Shown one piece after another: positions 37,245 through 52,064 of a DNA stretch of 64,000 nucleotides. The notes beneath the pieces are model-generated. The model searched no databases and was not told the DNA's origin. It was given only the letters and a program-made list of their open reading frames with translations. The position numbers and the translations under genes are program-made. How positions within the stretch are numbered: position 1 is the stretch's first letter; every line of letters starts with the position of its first letter. This DNA is from Camelus ferus (Eukaryota): positions 9,860,001 through 9,924,000 of the forward strand of contig NC_045697.1 of assembly GCF_009834535.1 (NCBI RefSeq), given 5' to 3'.

Positions 37245-37843
37245 TTTGCGGGTTCCCCTGACCCCTTCTGGTTTGACAGTTTTCGAGAATGACTCACAGA
37301 ACTCAGAAAAGTGCCATTCCTATAACTGCAGTTTTATTTTGAAGGATACAGTTCAGGACCAGCCAAAGGAAGAGACAGATGGGTCAGGGGCTGGGAGAGT
37401 CCTGATTGTGGAGCTCCTGAGCCTCTTCCCCATGGAAACAGGACACACCCCTCTCCCAGCACATTGATGTCTTCCCCAACCAGGAAGTGCCAACAAGCTT
37501 CCGCATACAGCTTTTCACTGAAGTCTCATTATGTGGGCATGATTGATTAATTGTGGCCACATGACTGAACTCAACCTCCAGCTCCCTTCCCTACTCGAGA
37601 AGTCAAACTGGCTCCAATTCTCAGCCCACTAATCGCATAGTTGGTCTTTCCAGTGACCAGTCTCCAACCTGAAACCATCTAGAGGCCAAGCATGAGTCAT
37701 CTCATTACCTTAAATTCAGGTGTGGCCCGAGGGACTCATGAATAATGGACACTCTTATCACTTGGGAAGTTATAAGGGTTTTAGAAACTCTGTACTAGGA
37801 TCTGTGGACAAAAATCAGACAAATTCTTTATTATGCAACACCA
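37245..37843 (-). mobile_element. MER21-family LTR
   Basis: gactcacagaactcagaaaag...gcatgattgattaa...tgaactcaacctccagc...ttggtctttccagtgaccag; reverse orientation relative to the copy at 24.8-25.6 kb. Confidence 0.7.
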
Positions 37844-38959
37844 TCTCATGTCTGTGAACATCCCAATGGTGTTCTTTCTTTACCACAAGTGGGGCTACGA
37901 CCTAACATTAACAGCTCAGTTTCTGACTTCTGTTCTTCTGGGATATGACAACCAGTAGGAAGCAAGACTCCTAGGATATCCTTCGGGTTAATGCTTAGCT
38001 CCGATCGCATTTCTGCTCCTGCATGGGGCTCAGGGAGATTTCTATTCAAATCATATGAATATTCTAGTAAAGACATATAAACATGCACTCTTCTTTTGGT
38101 CAAAGCTATTGCCTAATATTTTATAATTAACCAACACCCTGCTTTTTATTTATCTTTTCCTTATGTTTCAAGCTAGAAATAGCTGACTTGGAGAAATGCC
38201 ACTGATTTTTATATATTTGTCTTCTCTCTGTCCTCTCCCCTCGTAAATTCTTATTAATTCTTACAGCATTTTGGTTAAGTAACTTAGATATTTTTAAAAT
38301 ACTGAATTGTATCATCCTCACATAATGATTCTTTTTTAATACTTACAGCGCTTATTTATGGTTAAGGCCTTATTAGGCTGTCCGGATATGGAGAATACAA
38401 TTAAATAATAATTGAGATGCTAGGAGCTTGGTTTTATTCTTGATGTCAAGGCAAGAACTTCTCATGTTTTATCATTAAGTACAATATCGGCTGTTTTGGA
38501 ATATACTTTGCCATGCTAATGATGTAGACTTCAAGTTCTTACACAGTTAGCATTTTTATTATTAATACATGTTAAATTTTATTTATGGCTATTTAATATC
38601 ACTAATTTTTTGCATGTGTTTATTTTATTTGTTTTTGGGATACTAGTAACAGAATTTGCTTTGGGTTTTTTATTTGTATAAAAGTATGCCTTGGAGTTAT
38701 TTTTCTAGAATGTGGGATCATCTGTAACAGCTAGTCTATCATTTTTATAAAGTCTCAAAGAGCCCCTCCAGATATTTGTACAGATACCTTTATTGCATCA
38801 GCCCTACCTTACTATCAGACTCAGGTTTCTGATGCTTGCGGCAGGTGAGACCAGAGAAACCACATAGTCCACTCTAGCACTTGGTAAACAGTCAGTGAAT
38901 GCACTATCAGGCAGCATCACCTAAGCTGTGTTTGAGGAAACAAAAGCATCCTGCTATAT

Positions 38960-39856
38960 TAGGGTCAGGAATCCATAGCCCATGGGCCAAATCTCACCCA
39001 TTCACCACCTGTTTTGGTAAATATGGTTTTATTGAAACACAATCTTTCTTTTTTTTTTTTTTCTCTTGCTTCATCACACCTTTTTATTTCACTTAATGCT
39101 GATTTGCACAAAAGAAAACGTAATATTTATGAAAAGCATAACGTCATAATAATACAGCAAACGCCATTGAGTGGTGTAAACTGGTAAACTGGTAAACTGA
39201 GCATCACCTGGCTCTCCTCCCATATCCCCTACTTCACTCTTAAATATAAATATTCCCCTGAAATTTGTGTTTATAACTTTCTTGACTTTTGGGGGGTAAT
39301 TTTTCCACCTGTGCATGTGCCCCCAAACAGTGCATTATATAATTTTACTCATTTTTTGAGTTTTATAAAAATGAAATTGCTCTCTGTTTTCTCAACTCAG
39401 CATTGTGTTTCTAATATTTACCCAGGTGGGTGTTTTGTCGTAGTTCATTTATTTTCTCTGATGTATAGTTTTCCGCGGTTTGAACACATCACTGTTTATT
39501 TCTCTATTCTGCCATCCCTGGGCGTTCGATTTGTTCCGAGTTTTCTTGTTCTTACAGACGAGGCTTCCGTGAACATTCTTAAATGGATCTCCAGAGGCAC
39601 CTGCATAGTAAATTCTAGAATGAGGACTGCTGGCTCGCAAAGCACGTCTTTTTCTGCATTATAAGACCGTGCCAAAGTGTTTTCCAAAGTGTCTTTGCCT
39701 GTGGAACACAATCACGTATGCTCATTTATATAGGCATTGTCAGTGACTGTTTCCATGTTATATGAAAGAATTAAATAATTGCAAGAAGTAACATATGGCC
39801 CACAAAGCCTAAAATATTTGCTAACTGGGCCTTACAGAAAAGTTTGCCTACCCCTG
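38960..39856. mobile_element. MER58A-like MITE split by an antisense L1 3' end (39045-39701)
   Basis: Left half 38960-39044 (agcccatgggccaaatc...ttttattgaaacacaatc); right half 39702-39856 (tatggcccacaaagcctaaaatattt...agtttgcctacccctg). Poly(T) from ~39045; 12-bp near-perfect TSD. Confidence 0.8.
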
Positions 39857-42800
39857 TTCTAAATACCAATCAGTATTCTGAGGGAAAACAAAAAGGGAAG
39901 AAAGGGTTCTTCCATCAAATAAGCTCAAGAAGTGATGTATCTCTTCATGAAAATGTAAATTTTTACTCTAACGTGTTAAAAAAAACCTAGAGTCATGCAT
40001 AAGTGTAAACATACGTGCATATGTGTAGGCTCACGTGTATAAATCAATTTGATTCTACACCATCATTTTACAAACTTTTTTTAGCTACAAATCCATTTTT
40101 CCTTGAAGAAATATTCATCTTTCAGCACCTTCGGTCTTGTGTATGTTTGCTGGAAGATTTTATTACTTTTCTTATTACTGCCATAGATGTGTGCATTTCT
40201 TCTTCTCATCTCTCCCATTGCTTGATCTTCTGATCTGTTTGGTGGCATTTATTTAAAATTACTATTAAATTTTTACTTCTGGTTCCTTCCTGATCCATCT
40301 GCTGCCACAATTATTTGTAGTGACCATGGCGACTGCCAAAGCTGGTATTTACTCATGGTAATGATTGTTACCCTACCTCCAATATTCACAAGGCTGCAGC
40401 ACGGGAGGCCACAGGTGCAAAGGACATTTCTTGGGAGTCGGGCAAAAGAGCAGTTGTCTCACCACACTTTGACCTTAGGCAAGTTCCTTGACTTCTGTTA
40501 GCTGACTTATCCCCTTTTATAAACCAGGAGTAAGAATACCGACTTTACTGGAGTAGGAGGGTAAGATGAGTTAATGCTTGTGATGTAGGTAGCCTGTTTC
40601 CAGCAACATAGCAAATGCTTACCAAGAGCACAGAATTTGGCACCACTGAGAGATGGTTTTGGATTGAGGAAACCCATGAGAGGCAACGTACTGCGGTGGT
40701 TGAAAAAGTGGCTGTTAGAATTAGAGATACGTGGGTTCAATTTCCACCTCTGTGATACAAGTAAGTTTCTCATCCTCTCCTCCCACCGGGAAAATGAGGA
40801 TAATCATGTGACTGTACAGGGTTCTGGGGAGGGTTTATCAAGATCAGCATGGAAGAGGCTTGGTAGCCAGGAAATGAGAATTACCATATGCATTCTTGAC
40901 AACGTGGTCCTAGAGGCATCATGCTACAGCAAAGAGAACAGTGAATCTGGCATCGAAGGATGCCACTTCAGGTACCAGAGTCAGCAGCTAACTTACGCTT
41001 CATCCATGGTCTGTTTACCTAACTTCTCTCAGCGTCTACTTCTACATCTTTAAATTGCAGGTTTTAGCAAGACAACATCGTCGTACATTTTAGAGCATCT
41101 TATGGGCCACAATACATTTTCACACACTTTCCCTTTGTGATCAAAACTGTATGTCTTAAGTTGTTGCGAAATTAGGCTTTGTGACGACACTATACCTCGA
41201 ACAGGACCAATTTCTTTAGCTCTGGCCCCTTCCATGATGTCATTTCTGTAGCCAAATCATCTCCATCAACCGCAGAGGGGGGTCCTTGTTTGGCCCTATT
41301 TTTATTAACAAGTGTTCCAACTTAATTGGCTCCTGGACTAAGGAATTAAACTTGGCAAGGAAATGAATCAGCGCTCCCTGGGTTTCTGCGTGATTCCTTG
41401 CCCCTGTGTGTGTTTCCTTGACTTGCATTCACTGTTCCACATGCTGGTGTTCCTGGAGTTTTTCAAGCCACTGCAGATCAATGGGACAGACTCGATCCCT
41501 ATCCTTGAGGGTTTCTAGTTGGATTATTCCTGTACTGGTTTGAAGATTTCATGGCTTCATGCCCAGCCTCCAGTGTAGCCACCAGCCCCTGTATGGACTG
41601 AACTTCTTTGGTCTTTTAAGTGACTTTGTATGAACAGAAGCACCTTTGAGGCATGGGAATCTGGCCAAGCAAAATGACCAGGAAAAATCGGATTCACCAA
41701 TGATGGAGGCAAAAAAAGGACAGCAACTCCAGGTGAAATGTGCCTCTGAGGTGGTGCCGGCTTACCTTGTCATCACAGCTGTTTACTATCACCAGCAGAG
41801 CCAATTTGAGATGTTCTCTGGTTCACCTGACCCAGGTAGAATGTCCCCACCTGGAGCAGTAACATGACACTAATTTGTGGCAAGAAAAGATTCCATCTAA
41901 TAAGAAACAAGTAAAATATTGGATTATCTTAAAAATAATTGAGAAAATATTCTATGCTTCATCCCTGCTAGTTTAATATTCAAAAAAATATGTGGCTATG
42001 GCTTCAGGTCAGATTGATTTTACTATATGAATCTTTAGTAACCTTTTTCCCCCAGAATCCCTCTGGGTCAGAAAAAAAATCAGGGAGTTATTGTGGATCG
42101 TGTACATGTATTCTGCTAGGGGATTTGCTTTTTCTGTCATTGTTATTGTATAGTACTCTAGGGCGGGTGGGCATGGACTTCTAAGAATTTATCCTAGAGA
42201 CATACTCATATAAACATTAGCAATAACAATGGTAATTAGCAAGTCTTGGGCCTGGTATTTGCCAGGGATTTTGCTAAGTGCATTATCTGCATCATTTATT
42301 CCATCTTCACAACCGTGCATTGAATTGTAGCTTAGTGCATCCCTACTTTCTAGATGAGGAAGTTTGGAGACAATAAGTACATTGCCAAAGTCACATGGCA
42401 AGGTACGTGAAGTCAGGTCAGCGGTTTATCTAACCCCTAATTACTAAGGTACGTTACTTTGCATATAATGGTATCCTGTATATTTAAGTGAAAATATAAA
42501 GAAAAAAGGCTGAAAAGATATACCCTGAACTGTTAATAGTGTTTGGCTTTAATTGATGAGATGGTTTTTACTTCCTTCTTACTTTCCAAATTGTCTTCAC
42601 TGTAAACATATTATATTACCTGAACACACATCCACACACACAAACACACACACACACGTTCTCTCTGTTTCTCCCCAGTTCTTCTCCACTTCAGAAAATG
42701 GCTCTACCACCTACTCAAAACAAAACTGACAGCTAATATTTGCTCTTGACCCTCTAGTTTCCATGACCACACAAGCTTCATCAACAAGATGGTACCCTGA

Positions 42801-45308
42801 AAGATGTCTGGGACTCCCACCTTCTCTCCACTTGCCAGGAGACCACCATCCTCTTTCCTGACGACTCCCACTGTCCTCACCATGTCGCAGCAAGAGAGAT
42901 CTTTTGAAAATGTGCATCAGAGTAAGTTTCTTCTCCTCTTAACATCTATCTGTGTGTGGCAAGTAAAGTAAAATTCAATTCAGATAAAATCCATGCCCCG
43001 GCCCCACCCAGGCTCTCTGTGTAGCAGATTCCCACTTCCTTCTCCAAATTTTCCTCCTGCCATTTCCCACCCTTCTCTCTCCTTGGGTCCTGAGGCTGGA
43101 AATCTCTCTCTCAGGCTATCGCATACGCTGTTTCTGGGCCCAGGGCCCTTGTGCCCTGCCTCTGGAGGGAACAACTCAACTAACTCTTGCTTATTCTTCA
43201 CATTTCTGCCAAGACGTCTCCTCTGTAGAAGGACTTCCTGGCCATCCTATCGAAATAGACCCCTCCTCCCATTATATGCCCAAAGGACTTGTTCTTCTCT
43301 CCTTCAGAGCATAATTCTGTGTTCCTGTTTGTTTTCTTGCTCACCGTCTGCCTCCTTCCTAAAGATGGACACCCCTTAGAGAATGGACCTTGTCTGTCTC
43401 ACTCCCTGCCCAGCACAGAGCCTGGCTTCCCTCCCCATGGGGGCTCTGCTCCGTGATCACCCACAGCCGAGTTGTATTGAGCTGGAGACACGAACTGACC
43501 TGCAAGCGAGCTCAAGCAGTTTCAAACCATGACCAGTTTATTCTTGAAACGGGAGTAAAGCTGAGTCCATGGAAGTCAGGGTACCCAGTGGGCACTCGGG
43601 AGTCCTTGGAGGTAACCCCCAAGGAGAGCACGTCTTAAAGCATGGGGAATAAACGTGAGCTGATCTGAAAGCTGCATATATATTCAAATACAGTACTAAC
43701 TGCAGAATTGTTTACAACCTTGGGCAGCAAAAGATGTTTTTTAGAACAGAGTATTTGATCACTGACATTGTATACCATTATCAGGGCTTAGTGGTAATAA
43801 AAAAAACAGACCACTTCACGTCAGTTTTAGTTTGTCTTCAGATAATGGACCCTTTTATTGCCTAATCCAGGATGATCCTCTCCCACTGCCGGCATGGACT
43901 TGGTACCCAGTGGCAACGCACAATTTCTACAGCTCTGGCAGCAGCTGTGTCTATCCCGACTGCGGGTCCTTGGACAGTCACCCTCATTCTCTTCAATAAA
44001 ATGGATATACTGATGGCTTCCTACTAGGATTCTTGTGAGAATTAAATAAGAAGGGAGTACAATATTTTAAATGCTTGGCAACAGCATAAACTGTTATTAG
44101 CCTAAGGGTAGAGATGGTCTTGTTCATCTTTTTATGTTTAGCAGTGAAACAAGGGCAGGAGATTTGTTGACATTTATAAAAATGATTGAGGTGACTTTCC
44201 CGTCTCTTTGCCCTCATTCATTTCACAGGTGATCCTTAGGACCTCCGAAGATGTTTGCTTTAAGACGTGATGAAAGATAAGACATTGTCCCTACCTCTCT
44301 TCCCCTCAAGTTGTCCTTGAGATAGACACTGTGCTTCCAGGGTTGGGTCCTACGTGGGAAGTAAGAGGGAAGGAGTTTCATATTGAGTTCTGGTCCAGAG
44401 AGGGGATCAACTGGCTCACCGTAGAATCTGCTTCCTTCAGCTGGAAAGGCAAGAAGGGCGAAGCAGGGATCTGAGGGCAGGAGGGAGGAAGTTCCAATCC
44501 AGTGCCAGTCCTTATGGGCTGTGTGATTTTGGACATTTTCATCAACGTCTCTGAACATGACTATTCTGGCCCACCAATGGGGGTGATACACCCCTTTTCA
44601 TGGGATTATCATAAGAATCAAATAATATGGCATTGTATACCCAACATGGTGTCTGAAACACAGTCAGTGCTCAATACATATTAATTTGCTAATGCCTTCT
44701 TTCAAGCCTTTTTGTGTTGGGTGGGAAGAGAGTGGGAGACGGAGGGAGAAAAGAGAGAAAGAGAGATTTGAAAGACAAATCATGTCATGTCTGCAGAACA
44801 CAGCGACTCTCTTGGAAAAGCCATAAAGAACAAGAAACAGCACTCAGCCAGACTGTGTCCATGACCACGGACTCAACCCTTGCTGTTTGCAGATGTGAAA
44901 TTTGGGAATGGCAAATATTAGACAGAGGCAAACGTGACTTTTGTGAATTTCTCTGGGCTGCTTTCTGAGAAGTGTCTCTTTGTGTGCCAGCTCTCCACCT
45001 CCGCCTGTTCCCTGGCCTCCGGAATGTGCCCCCTACAGCAGGGCCTGAATAGTTACCAGGGTGATGAAGATGTCCTTGGCTCAGAGTATGCTGATTTGGG
45101 CTTGAATGGCTGGTCAGGGCTTAATGACCAGGGACTCCTGACGTTCAAGGGCAGCTCTGGCATCAGGATGGCATGAAAACTAGCAGCCCTGAAGATGCTT
45201 CCTTGCTCAATTTCAATTTCTTTTCATTCCCAAGGCATTCAATTTGGAGGCCACAGGGCTTTTGATTATGGTATTTGGTGGCATATCTCTGACGTTGGAA
45301 GACCCTCC

Positions 45309-45680
45309 TGTTGTGAACTGAATGTTTGTGTGCTCCCAAAATGCGTGTGCTGAAACCCTAACCCCCAGTGTAATAGTATAAGGAGGTGGGCCTTTGGGAG
45401 GTAACTAGGCTTAGATGGGGTCATGAGGTCATGAGGATGGAGCCCCCCAAAACAGGATTAGTGCCCTTAAAAGAAGAGATGAGAGCTTCCCTGCTTGCTC
45501 TCAACCACATGAGGATAGAGCAAGAAGGCAGCCTTCTGCAAGAAGGCTCTCACCAGGGATCAGTTAGGCAGCACCTTGATCTGGGACTTCCCAGCCTCCA
45601 GAGCTCCAAGGAATACACTTCTGTGGTTTTAGCTACCAGCCTATGGTATTGTTTTATAGCAGCCAGAGCTGACTAAGACA
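45309..45680 (+). mobile_element. MLT1A-like MaLR solo LTR
   Basis: TG...CA ends (tgttgtgaactgaatgtttgtg ... agcagccagagctgactaagaca), 372 bp, 5-bp near-TSD cctcc/cttcc. Confidence 0.85.
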
Positions 45681-46587
45681 CTTCCATAGAAATGTGTTTC
45701 ATGGGGGAGTCAAATATGCCTGGGTTCCAGTCTCCGTCCTGCTACTTAGTTATGTGACACTGGTAAGTTATTCCTCTTCTCTGAGCCTCAATTCCCTTGA
45801 AGAGTTAGAAGGGACAGGAAAGAGAGAACAGACAGTGTTCCACTTGTCTCTTTACTGTATAACAAACCATCCCAAATTTGGCTTGAAACTATACTTTATG
45901 ATCGTCTCTCATAGTTCTACAGGTTGGCTGGATCCTTTTGTAGATGAAGTGGGCCTGGTCCTGGTGGTTTGTCAAGCTGGCTGACCTCTTTCCTTCCCAT
46001 TCTCTAAATTCTACTCAAGCCTTACACTGAGCTCAGAACACGGCTTCCTTGACTCTTTCTAGAGCTTTTCACTAAGGAGTGCAGTCCTCGCTGGTATCGC
46101 TCAGAATGTCTGTACTCTGTGCCAGTCTGTGCTACAGAAGAGAGAGAAAAAGAGAGAATGGGCATTTTACTGAGCACTAAGAAGCAGACACGATTTTGTC
46201 TCATTTCATCCCATCAATGCTTCTGTGAGATAGGTGATGTCCAGGTGAGAGTTCACACTCGCCAAGACAAGTCAGCACCCACTACTGACCACATCTTTTA
46301 GAAAGCTCTTGAGATGCAGCAATGGAAATAAAATAGACTAAATTGTCTGTTTCTTTAAGGAACTTTTAATGAACATAGGGAACTGGCTCAGAGAGATCTA
46401 TGAGCTCCCAGCACAGCCAGGCACTGACCTCAGGAACACAGCGCTTCTGCTCTTTACTCCGCATGCGGCATGGCGCTGGGAGTGTCTCCTTCTCATTTAC
46501 TCTCACAACCAATGGCGTAAGGCTTGCATATGACAAGTGAAAAGACTTACTGCTGAGAAGCTTACACAGCTGGTAAGAGATTGGACC

Positions 46588-47029
46588 AGGCTGGATAGTG
46601 CCTCCTACAAATGCATATCCACCCAGAACCCCAGAATGTGTCCTTATTTGGAAATGGGATCTTGGCAGGTATGATTAAGATGAGATCCTACTGGATTAGG
46701 ATGGACGCTAAATTCAATGCCCAAGGTCCTCTGAAGAAGGCTGTGTAAACACATGGAGGGACACACAGGAAGAAGGCCATGTGATGCTGGAGGAAGAGAT
46801 GGGGCTGATACATCTGCCCACTGGGAGCGCCATGCGTGGCCAACAAACCCTGGAAGCTGGGAGAGAGGCCTGGGACAGAGAATCCCTCTAAATCCTTGAA
46901 AGAGCCAACCCTGCTGACACCTTGATTTTGGGGGCTTCTGGTCCCCTAAACTGAGAGGAAATAAGTACCTGGTGTTTTAAGCCACCTGGTTTGTGGTTAT
47001 TTGTAACTGCATCCCAGCAAATGAACGCA
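46588..47029 (+). mobile_element. MLT1C-like MaLR LTR
   Basis: cagaatgtgtccttatttggaaatggg...gaagctgggagagaggcctggg...gccaaccctgctgacaccttgatttt...ttttaagccacctggtttgtggttatttgt. Confidence 0.8.
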
Positions 47030-47580
47030 GAGACTGAGGCTGGAGTCAGGCCCATTTTCACTTCCAGAGTCCAGGCTCCTGCACCCGTCCTGTCTTCCCT
47101 CACCCAAGGCTGACGGGGAACGGGCTGAGATGGGGTAAGTGTGCTTTGCAAATCTCAGGGTGTCTCTCAAAGTCATGGGTTTTTAATCATTATTATTTCA
47201 AGAGACTCTTCCCAAAAGAATCTAAGAACTCAGTAAAATTTCATTAAAATGAGATACAAGACATAACCTATTTCTCATCAAATCAACTCTTTAAAATGGT
47301 ATTTCCAGAATTCCTCCTACTCTCACTCCACCTCCTGTTCTGTTCTAAATAATGCCCCTGGTGGTGGTGCCAGAACTGTGAGGGAAAGCCTGTGAGTAAT
47401 ACTTAACACCAGCCCATTCCCAGCTGTCGCAAATCACGCTGGCATGTACATGGCACCTGATGGATTGGGGCAGACTTGGGCATCTGGGACTCATTAAAAT
47501 TGTATTATAAGTAAACTTGGTGTTAGATGGTGTTGCTGTTGTTCCTTTCATCCAGCAATGACTTAAAAAGTCATCATGGC

Positions 47581-48187
47581 CACATGAACCCCAATGTTCA
47601 CGGCAGCACCACTGACAATAGCCAAGACATGGAAGCAACCCAAGTGTCCATCAATAGATGATTTAAAAAGATGCGGTGTATATACACACCCACACACACA
47701 CACACACATATATACATACATAAACATGTATGAAATATAACTCAGCCATAAAAAAGACTGAAAGATTGCCATTTGCAGCAACATGGATGGACCTAGAGAC
47801 TATTATACTGAGTGAAGTAAGTCAGAGAAAGACAAATATTATATGAAATCACTTATATGTGGAATCTAAAAAATAACGCAAATGAATCTATATACAAAAC
47901 AGAAACAGACTCACAGATACAGAAAACAAACTTGTGGTTACCAAAGGGGAGAGAGAGGTGGGGAGGGGTAAATCAGGGGTATGGGATTAACAGACACATA
48001 GTACTGTCCATAAAATAGATAAGCAACAAGGATGTACTGTAAAGCACAGGGAACTATGTTCAATAATTTGTAATAACCTGTAATGGAAAATAATCTGAAA
48101 AAAAATATGCAACTGAATCACTTTGCTGTGCACCTGAGACTAACACAATATTGTAAATCAACTAGATTTCAACTTTTAAAAAAGCTC
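47581..48187 (+). mobile_element. Cetartiodactyl-type L1 3' end with TSD
   Basis: ccaatgttcacggcagcac...gacatggaagcaacccaagtgtccatc...ctgaatcactttgctgtgcacctgagactaacacaatattgtaaatcaac. TSD aaaagtcatcatggc (47566-47580) / aaaagtcattattgc (48188-48202). Confidence 0.88.
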
Positions 48188-50279
48188 AAAAGTCATTATT
48201 GCAGGTAATCAGATTATAAATAGAAAAGAACCAAGTCTGGTCTCTTAAGAGGCTTTGCTTAAGGACAGAGATGGGCTTTGGTCTTGTTTGAGTGCTAGGG
48301 TCCCCGCTGTTCCCAGTACAGCTGCACACACATGTGCGTGTGTATATAGACACACATGTGCATAGATGCAGGCACTTGCATACGTATGTGTACACATGCA
48401 CACAGGCCCACATACACTCTCTAGAAGGAACTACACACTCCCCGTTTCCCTCGGACCTCACTTTCATTACTAGCCTCCCTCCTACTGACCTGTCACAATC
48501 TTAACAATAAAAGCTGTCTTTCTGCAGTGCTACTGCTTGCCTGGCACTTTTTAATCTCCATTTTACAGATGAGTAAAATGAGGCACAGAAATGTGGAAGG
48601 TGACCTAGCTTTTTGCCTGGTCTCACGTTCTCTCTATAACCCTTCTCGACTTGTGCTCGCGCCTTCTTATGTTTTTAAATTCCACCTCTATGTCGATGAC
48701 TCCGGGATTTCTGCTCCAGCCCAGGCTGTGTGCTTTGGGCTCACATTAACAACCGCATAATTGCCACCTTCAGCTGGAGGTCTCAGACATCTCAAACGTA
48801 GTGCATTAGAAACTGAACACCCTCCTTCCCCCACACACATCCTATAAACTCTTCCAGAGTGCTTCCCTACCCGCCCCCACCCCTTTGCTCACAGTAAATA
48901 CTGCCATCCCTCCACTCAGTTGCTCAATCTGAAAACAAAGAGTCTCCCATGAGTTTTCCATGTCCATCCCTCCCTCCACAATCGCACACATCACAAGCCT
49001 TGTCAATCACACCTCTAAAGACGCTCCTAATCGATCGGCATTCCTCCGTGTCCACGTTGGTCACTCTTGTCCAGATGAGCTGGAAGACAAGGTTCTCCGG
49101 GCCGACCTTCTCACTTCCACTCAGTCCAAGGCAACTCCTTCAAGCCAAATTCCGATCAGGTATATGCCTGAATGATAACCAGTCATGTCATCGGGGTACA
49201 GACCTTTCCAATCAGTCTTAGAAAACCTGCGAAGTAACACCATCAAACGCTATTTTCCAAAACCTTCTGGCCACCAATTTCATAGCTTTGAAATACTAAA
49301 AATAAATTGTAGCCCTGAATGATGTGGGATGAAGGATGCAGGGCCAGTGAGCCCTGGTCTGCATGCCCAGAGCCAGTGACTCCCCATCGCCCTGGTGACC
49401 ACCCAGGTTCTGTCAGGGGGACCACATTCCAGAGGTGAGAGAACAAGAGCAGAGGTGGGAGCAGGCCCACAGAGCAACGTCAGAGCTAAGAGGGCCTCAG
49501 GGTCATGGGGAAGCGGTTGAATTTTATACGAAGCAGAGAAGCAGGGATGGGTCCTGTATAATCTTCCCCAGCTCAGGGGAGCAGTTCCCCTTTGAGGTTT
49601 GGCCTTGTGGGACAGCAGAGCCACAAGCCCAAATCCCATCTTGAAGGGCAGGATGAGGGGCAGGCCGGCAGAGAGGCTCCTGGCATCCAAGCAGGAAGAG
49701 CAGGGAAGAGAGCATATTAGAAGAGGGGTAAGGTAAGAGCTCGGAGGAAAGATAAATTCAGTAGGTCTGAGAAGTGCTCACGGAGATTTTGCCATCTTTT
49801 AGGAGATCACAGAATAAAGAAAAGAGAAATGACTTTTCAGGTGGAGAGAACAGCCTGTGCAGAAGCCACGAAAGCACAAACACATCGGTGGAAAGCAGGG
49901 CTCCGGGGCTGGGGCGGGAGGCTGGGTAAGTGTTGATGGGAGCCTGGTGCTGGGGAACTGAGGAGGGTCCAGAACACAGGCGATGTTCAGGAGGAGTCAG
50001 ATGTGGGGAGACGCGCACTCGGAGTGGGGATGCTATGCTGTGTCACTAGAGGAAATGGCACTTGAGGGAGGGGGTGCCACAGCGAAGACGGCTCAGCGCA
50101 CACTCCTGAGATTTCCTGTGTCACAGGCCTCTCCCCTGTGCCCCCCACACTCCATGCTCACCCTTCCACCACCATCACCCTGTATTTACATTTGTTGTTT
50201 TATGAGGTCAGAATCTAACAACCTCTTTAGGATACTCAGAACCTAGAAACCAATTAAATTTGAACAAACAAAAAGCCCC

Positions 50280-51230
50280 AAAAAGCACATATAATCCAAT
50301 CACCTCAAAATAAGCTCTGTAAACAAGTTGGCGGATGTCCTCTGGGCATTTTCCCTCTGTATACATCTGTGTTTTGTGTGGATAACCAAAATTAAGTTCA
50401 CAATATACATATGCTTTGCAGCCTGATTTTTTTCACCTCGTAATAGTTAATACTGGAACTATACTCCAATGTTCATCCACATCCATCTATACCATAATAT
50501 TCAGTGGCTGCCTGGTGTTTCACAGCATAGTTTTGGTAACCAGTCTGTGGCCTCTGAGTATCAGGTAGCTTCAAATAGTTCACTTTTTTAAATAAGCTAC
50601 AGTGAGTACCCTTGTATTTATACCTTTTCACATCTGTCTAAATATTTCTTTAGGATAAATCCCCAGAAATGATTTTTTTTTCATTTAAGATATATATGTG
50701 TTTAAGGATTTAGAATATACAGCCGAATTTTTCTTTGGAAAGTTTATCTCTGTGGAGCAATGTCTGAAGGTGCCCATTTCCCTACAACCTCGCTGATACT
50801 GGGAGTTACCTTTTTTCCTCCGAATCTAATAGGCAAACAATGCTATTTTGTTGTTATTTTATTGTAGACTGTGTTTTCTTTTATTGACAAGATTAAACTT
50901 CTTAATATGTTTATTAATCATTTATATATACTTTTCCTTTTGAAAATGACCAGCTTATATTCTCAGCCTATCTTTCTACTGGGATATTTGCCTTTTTTTA
51001 ATAATATAAAAATATTTTTATAAAGATAAGCTTTTGTTATTTACTTTGCAAAAAAAAAGATATTCATTCCAGTTTGTCTTTGACATTTTAACTTTGCTGA
51101 TGGCATTTTAACCAATCAGAATCTGTTTTGTGGGATGCGGCCATATTTTGTCCCCTTTTCCTTTATGGTTTCTGCCTTTGGGGTCATGCTTTAAGAGTCC
51201 ATCCCCACCCTGTGATTAGGTAGATGTAAA
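50280..51230 (-). mobile_element. Degraded ancient L1 fragment
   Basis: T-rich L1-antisense motifs (tatttctttaggataaatccccagaaatga; ggtgcccatttccctacaacctcgc; ttcctttatggtttctgcc). Confidence 0.6.
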
Positions 51231-52064
51231 CCAGATGTCAGTGCAGTCCCTCCAGCTGTGGCAACTGCAGCCACAGACTCTGTATGTAGGAAGCTGGGCC
51301 CATGCATCAGTTTCCCCAATAAATCCACTCACACCAATTATTTCCTGGAGGTTGGGGGAGGGAGTGGAGGGAGGGTTTCATGATGAAGGACACATCACCA
51401 TTCAGTACAGAGCATCCTGCCACCTTTTTCCTTTTTACCAAATCTCCTCTCCCAAATGTTCTTTCATTATGCAGAGCAACTAAGGAGCCACTTTTTGATA
51501 GGTAAACATTCTTGGAGGGTCCTGATCTATAACCCAAGACGCTTATCAAGGATTTCTGCCAAACAAATAAACTGCTGTCTTCCAAAAAATGTTGATAAAT
51601 ACATTTTTCAATTCATTACATAAATGTTACCATACATTCTTTTAGTGATTAATAGCTCAATACTTAATATTTGAATATTTACACTACTTGGAAATTGTTT
51701 TTTTGTCTGCAGTATAAAGCTGCAAGGTAACTATTAAAATTCTTGTCTCCACATCCCCAACAATCATCACCAAACTGGGAGCCGTAGAGGGCAGCAGGTG
51801 AATTTGTTCCTCTCTGTATCCTCATTTCTTTTCACAGTTCCCGATGCATAGTAGGAGCTTAATAAATAAATCTTTAATGAACAGGGGAGATAAGTTGTTA
51901 AGGCCAAATGTTTACTTTCCCCAATTCAAATGAGGCTTGCCCTCTCCAGATGAAACTGAAGAACTCTTTTTTTCACTGAGCTGACTGGAATTTTTGCCAC
52001 TTGTGTTTACAGTGCTCTGTAGGGGCCGAACTCTTTACCCTGTCCTGGATCTTTCTTTTTTCTT

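Noticed and set aside
24826..37843. Two MER21-like LTRs as possible ends of one provirus
   Set aside because: Opposite orientations, clearly diverged, and no gag/pol remnants between them; independent insertions.
51781..51794. Second CTCF-like motif GCCGTAGAGGGCAG
   Set aside because: Two mismatches in the 5' core and it sits beside an L2-like tail; too weak to report.
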